DNA of 63,939 nt, filler included, from Licmophora abbreviata (lineage: Eukaryota), in assembly GCA_900291995.1 (NCBI GenBank). It is 17 parts of 17 records of this genome, joined end to end, with 100 filler letters (N's around TTAATTAATTAA, not from the genome) between each part and the next. Parts side by side here need not be neighbours in the genome. Positions count along the whole stretch, not along the records: positions 58,406 to 60,702 come from OLMU01004352.1; positions 60,803 to 62,805 come from OLMU01004353.1; positions 62,906 to 63,939 come from OLMU01004399.1; 14 more parts are not named here. One strand, 5' to 3'. Under the pieces are notes generated by a model. That model ran no database searches. It was not told the origin of the DNA and saw only the letters and a program-made list of their open reading frames with translations. How positions within the stretch are numbered: the first letter of the stretch is position 1; each line of letters opens with the position of its first letter. A program made the position numbers and the translations under genes. Of the stretch, positions 59,838 to 63,939 are shown in pieces.

Positions 59838-61269
59838 ATGAAACACTCGGCAATCTGCAGCTTACTTTTGGTAGCTGCATGCAGTTGTCAATACGCCCTG
59901 GGCTGGTCCTCGTTCTTGTCGACACGGAAACCATCCGCGGCAGCGTTCTGTCCTCATTTTGCGGATGACACAGCCACCCGAATCATCGGGCGCGGAAGAG
60001 CTTGTGTGAGTCTCGCTCCGTCGTCTAGTGAAAACAATGATAAAGAATCCTCTCTGGAACCAAGAGATCTAAGAGACAAAGTGCTGGTGCAGCGCATTCG
60101 GCATACTCTCTCCCCCCACTCCGACGTGGCCTCTCACGATGCACTCATTATCGAAGAACGAATTCGGTTCGTGCTCGACCCGGACAACAGCGACGATGGC
60201 ATCACGCTTCAGCCATATCAGAAACGCACTTTGCACTTGTTGGATGGAACGAGTCGAAAGGAATTTTATCGAATGGCTATCAACGAACGTACCAGTACGC
60301 ATCGCGGTGTCAGTACTGCTCTTCTCTCAACATATGCGCTCGTTCTGTACCTAGCAGCGAATCCCAAATTGCTTCAAGGGACGGTACTGGAACTCGAATG
60401 TCAATTAGGACTGGGGACACTCCTGTCCGCCATTGCGCTGGCGCATCTGGGTGGGATGGACATGGATGTCGATGGTGATGAGGATCTCTTGTTACCTTCT
60501 GCCAACAACAGGGACAAGGTCGCCTTGCCAACATCCATCGATTCGCTCATCCTCACCGACGCAGACGAACGCGATCTCAATGTTGCCTTTGCCAATGTCA
60601 AGAGCAGTGGTGTCACGAGCAGCAAGGTGTTTTTGGAAGAGCTCGACTGGAAGCATCGACACCGGACGGTTGGAATCACGAGTGGTGGAATGAGTAGGAA
60701 CTNNNNNNNNNNNNNNNNNNNNNNNNNNNNNNNNNNNNNNNNNNNNTTAATTAATTAANNNNNNNNNNNNNNNNNNNNNNNNNNNNNNNNNNNNNNNNNN
60801 NNCGGATGATCCCTCGAAGCGATTTCTCCGAACCATCGTCGGTGCCGACCTCGACTACTCGTATCCGACGGCAAAACAGTTGGCACGCACTGTCGCACAG
60901 CTGCTCATGCCTTCGGATGGTACCTTTGTTCACGTGTGTCCCGACAATCGTCCCGATCTTGCACAGTTCCATAAGCTTTTGAGAGAAGGATACCTGATGC
61001 AAGTCAACTCGGGCTACTTGAAACTTTTGTCGCATGCCTATCCTTATCAAATCTTGGAGAAGGGTCAAGATGAGAGTGATTTGGATGCGTTGAAATTGAA
61101 CGAAGCGCCGACAGTCAAAGAATCAACCTTTGAGGGACTAACGGCCTTTCATTCCATGGATTACGATGGATTTAACGGAGAGTACGTGTGGCCGATCGAA
61201 ACCGGTCAATTCGATTCCAAGGGACAGGGTCGCTATTTGGAAAGCGATGGCGGGAGTAGTCCATGGTAG
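59838..61269 (+). CDS. Class I SAM-methyltransferase-like (METTL21/family 16-like) protein with signal/transit peptide, split by spacer 60703-60802
   Basis: GTVLELECQLGL, LILTD, EELDW before the gap; RTIVGADLDY..LARTVAQLL after the gap. Confidence 0.68.
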
Positions 61270-61475
61270 TAGTAGCGAACGGAAGCTAACAGGCGATAGA
61301 CGGGATGCAGAATCGCTAACTCTAAACTCATCTTTCTCAGAAATATCACGAGCTACGAGGTCGTATCACCGAGCACCACGCGGACCACACCTCTGGCGCG
61401 AAAAAGACACACCTTTCCAAGAATGGTCATTATCCCGCGTCGCCTCCGATCCGATCGCCGATACCAACCGCGACC

Positions 61476-62027
61476 ATGATGTTGTCCTCCTCTCGTTTTA
61501 CTCGTCTTGCACTTGCTGCAGTCTTCATTCTTGCTAGCGTCGTCAGTGGCACAAACTGTGACGACGCTGACTGTGGAGATCTGGTGGCAGAGCGCACTCT
61601 CGACTTGTCGCAAGAAATGGAGTCTGTCAAGATGGACGTCACTGCGTGCGAAGCGCAAAAGGCCCAAGACAACGAGAAGTTCGAAGCTGAAAGGTCGAAA
61701 CTAGAGCAAGATCTGCAGGTCCTTAAGAATGACATGGAGAAGGAAAGTAGGCGGCTTGCTCAACAGTTGGAAGAACAAAAGGCCCTCTTTCTCGACACCA
61801 AGGACGGTTTGACTGCGGAGATTGGGAACTATAAGAAGCTCCTGCGTCAGTCGGAGGATACGATCAAGCAGAGCCAGGAAGAATTGGCGAAACTTATGAC
61901 TCAGATCTACGATTTCCAGAATCGCAAGATTTTCGGTGTGAACTTCAGCGCTGTTTCACGCAGGATTGTTGGCTTGTGGAAGAGGGTCACAAGAGGGAGG
62001 AAGATATCGAAAGAAGAAGAGCTATAG
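61476..62027 (+). CDS. Secretory-pathway coiled-coil protein with C-terminal EEEL (ER-retention-like)
   Basis: Signal peptide LALAAVFILASVVSG; heptad repeats; ends KEEEL*. Confidence 0.78.
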   Translation: MMLSSSRFTRLALAAVFILASVVSGTNCDDADCGDLVAERTLDLSQEMESVKMDVTACEAQKAQDNEKFEAERSKLEQDLQVLKNDMEKESRRLAQQLEEQKALFLDTKDGLTAEIGNYKKLLRQSEDTIKQSQEELAKLMTQIYDFQNRKIFGVNFSAVSRRIVGLWKRVTRGRKISKEEEL

Positions 62028-63279
62028 ATGCATTGGCTAAAACTGCAGGAAGACGGCTTACGAGCCATCGACTGCTGATATCATAGGATTGCTAACGACT
62101 GGAGGAAGAATGCCGAGGCCGCCGACGGACAAGTTTGAAGCTCATCTGTCAGCCAACGACATACCTACGATGTGTATTAGAGACAATGCTTTGTCAAGAG
62201 CTCAGCTTGGTAAAGATTGCGAAAGAGCTTTGGTTTGTGTATAAACAAGTAGACTAGGAAACAAGTCAGCGCATCATTAGGTGTAGAGTCGAGACCAAAA
62301 AGTCGACATGGATGTGCAACGTGCTACCCGGTACCCTCTCGGCGCGCCATTTTGGCCGCCTGCACCACTTTTGGCGGGTTTTGCGCGCCAAACTTAGTAT
62401 TGATTTCTATAGGTCATGTAGAACATTTAATGATGCGGTCTCGCTACATAGAGAAATCGATCCCGGCCGGGAGTAATCGACTATTCTTTGGGAGGCAAGA
62501 AGAAGAGACCATGATGCTCTGATGATGAAAGCCACTTGGTCTACGGCCCTGGGGAGCCCCAGTCGTTGACTCAGTCGTTGACTGTAGGCAGTAGTGGTAC
62601 AAGGGGAGAAGTCCGATCGAGACAAAAGTTGTACATTGCCGTTTATTCATGTCGAACGAGACCGCTGAGGCGCGCCCCCCGTTTCGTGGCCGACGCGCCT
62701 CGTCGTGGTGGGGTCGACGGCGTTCGGACGCGAGTGAAGCCACCACGACAGCAGAGTGTGTGCCCGCGGCCACTATAGAACCCTCTTTGTCTGTCGGACA
62801 GGAGGNNNNNNNNNNNNNNNNNNNNNNNNNNNNNNNNNNNNNNNNNNNNTTAATTAATTAANNNNNNNNNNNNNNNNNNNNNNNNNNNNNNNNNNNNNNN
62901 NNNNNCTACTATATCTACATTTCGGGCAAAAACTATGCTCATAATCTTAACAAGTAACGCAAACGAGCAACAACGTTATCAACATCTTTTGAGCCCTTTG
63001 AGCACTAAACCCTACTCCAGTGCTAGGCAATATACCGTCACACTTGAGTATTCCAACATGCTGCCCATTGACCATGAGCGACGATCCTGAGCCCGTTCCA
63101 AGGCGAGAATAGGCATTTGACGCTCCCGATACCCTCACCAGACTCAAGAGGGACTGAACGATCCGAGCGCGGGCGCATATCGCGGGCTTCCGCCGTCGTT
63201 TTGCCCAGAAGAGCTGCATGGCGGTGCCAATTGCACCCGTAACACCGAGCAGACAAGGGCGTCGATCAATTCTACCTTT

Positions 63280-63939
63280 TGCTGTTGTGGAGAGTGCCCC
63301 TCGTCGACTGACAGTGTCCCATCAGATCCCATATCTGCAAAGGATTCAGAAGGTCAAGCTACCTTGCGGGATGCGTTGATGGGGAAATCGAGACAGCCCG
63401 TCGAAATGAGACATGGGCTAGCTAACGACGGCCCTGGCATCGATAACAACACTGTAGCTACTATTGGTACCAGTACCAACGACGTCAACCAAGAAGTCAT
63501 TGACGTTACCAATCACAGTGGTGAGATGATGCCGCAACTGGACAGGTAGTTCATGGGGAACGTCTCTCTTTCCTTCGATACTATGGTGATGGGATCTGAC
63601 TATCCCGGTGGGGAGACCGTGAACTGTGGCTATGGGCGAGACCTAATCGATGGATGCGGAGCTCGACTTCATCCACCGCACGCAAGCCTTTGCAGCCATG
63701 AGGAGCTTAGCAAGGTATTTTGATCGAGTGTGGAGCAGGACGAGATACCTGATGTTCTTACGTGGAGAGAGATCATGAAGATGCCGCATACGAGCACAAG
63801 AATGCCGTCGAAGAATCGAACGCTCTGTCGTCGCCCTGAGACGGAGGAACTGTTCAACATGTCTCATGCCAGAGGTGACCAGGGAGAAGAGAGAAAGCAA
63901 CGTCGCCGTCATCCGCCTGCTGGTCAGTCAGAAGCTCAC
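63280..63939 (+). pseudogene. Possible decayed coding sequence
   Basis: One + frame reads protein-like to the window end with only two stops (63547, 63721); no recognisable domain. Confidence 0.25.

Noticed and set aside
4255..62905. Regularly recurring TTAATTAATTAA palindrome (CRISPR-like or piggyBac TTAA-like)
   Set aside because: Always centred in identical N44 flanks; it is a synthetic six-frame-stop spacer, not biology.

Overview
Gene-dense eukaryotic nuclear DNA with short GT-AG introns, most consistent with a pennate diatom. This is an inference from bipartite plastid/lumen presequences, the expanded diatom-type LRR family and MYND-family genes. The window is a scaffold of 17 contigs joined by 16 artificial 100-bp spacers (N44-TTAATTAATTAA-N44). 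At least three genes (RluA-type synthase, SAM50, a methyltransferase-like gene) read straight across spacers, so part of the order is genuine adjacency. About 36 protein genes or fragments can be supported. They include an SCP/CTD phosphatase, a secreted solute-binding-fold protein, NTF2, CCDC124, fibrillarin, a CoA-transferase-GNAT fusion, two lumenal FKBPs, a VOC fragment, TPR, RCC1, MFS, RRP6, two LRR genes, a MYND pseudogene, a pseudouridine synthase, a tandem Auto_anti-p27 protein, SAM50, NF-YA, a Sec23/24-like protein and IMPACT. I found no rRNA, tRNA, CRISPR or intact transposon. The most notable leads are: (1) an intronless bacterial-type CoA-transferase-GNAT fusion whose transferase catalytic motifs look degenerate, a possible acyl-CoA-sensing acetyltransferase; (2) a frameshift separating the conserved C-terminal domain of CCDC124; (3) a VOC protein ending in a CaaX box, missed by the ORF track; (4) a stand-alone secreted solute-binding protein; (5) a modular tandem-cassette LRR receptor needing a GC-AG intron. 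All family calls are from motif recognition, not database searches.
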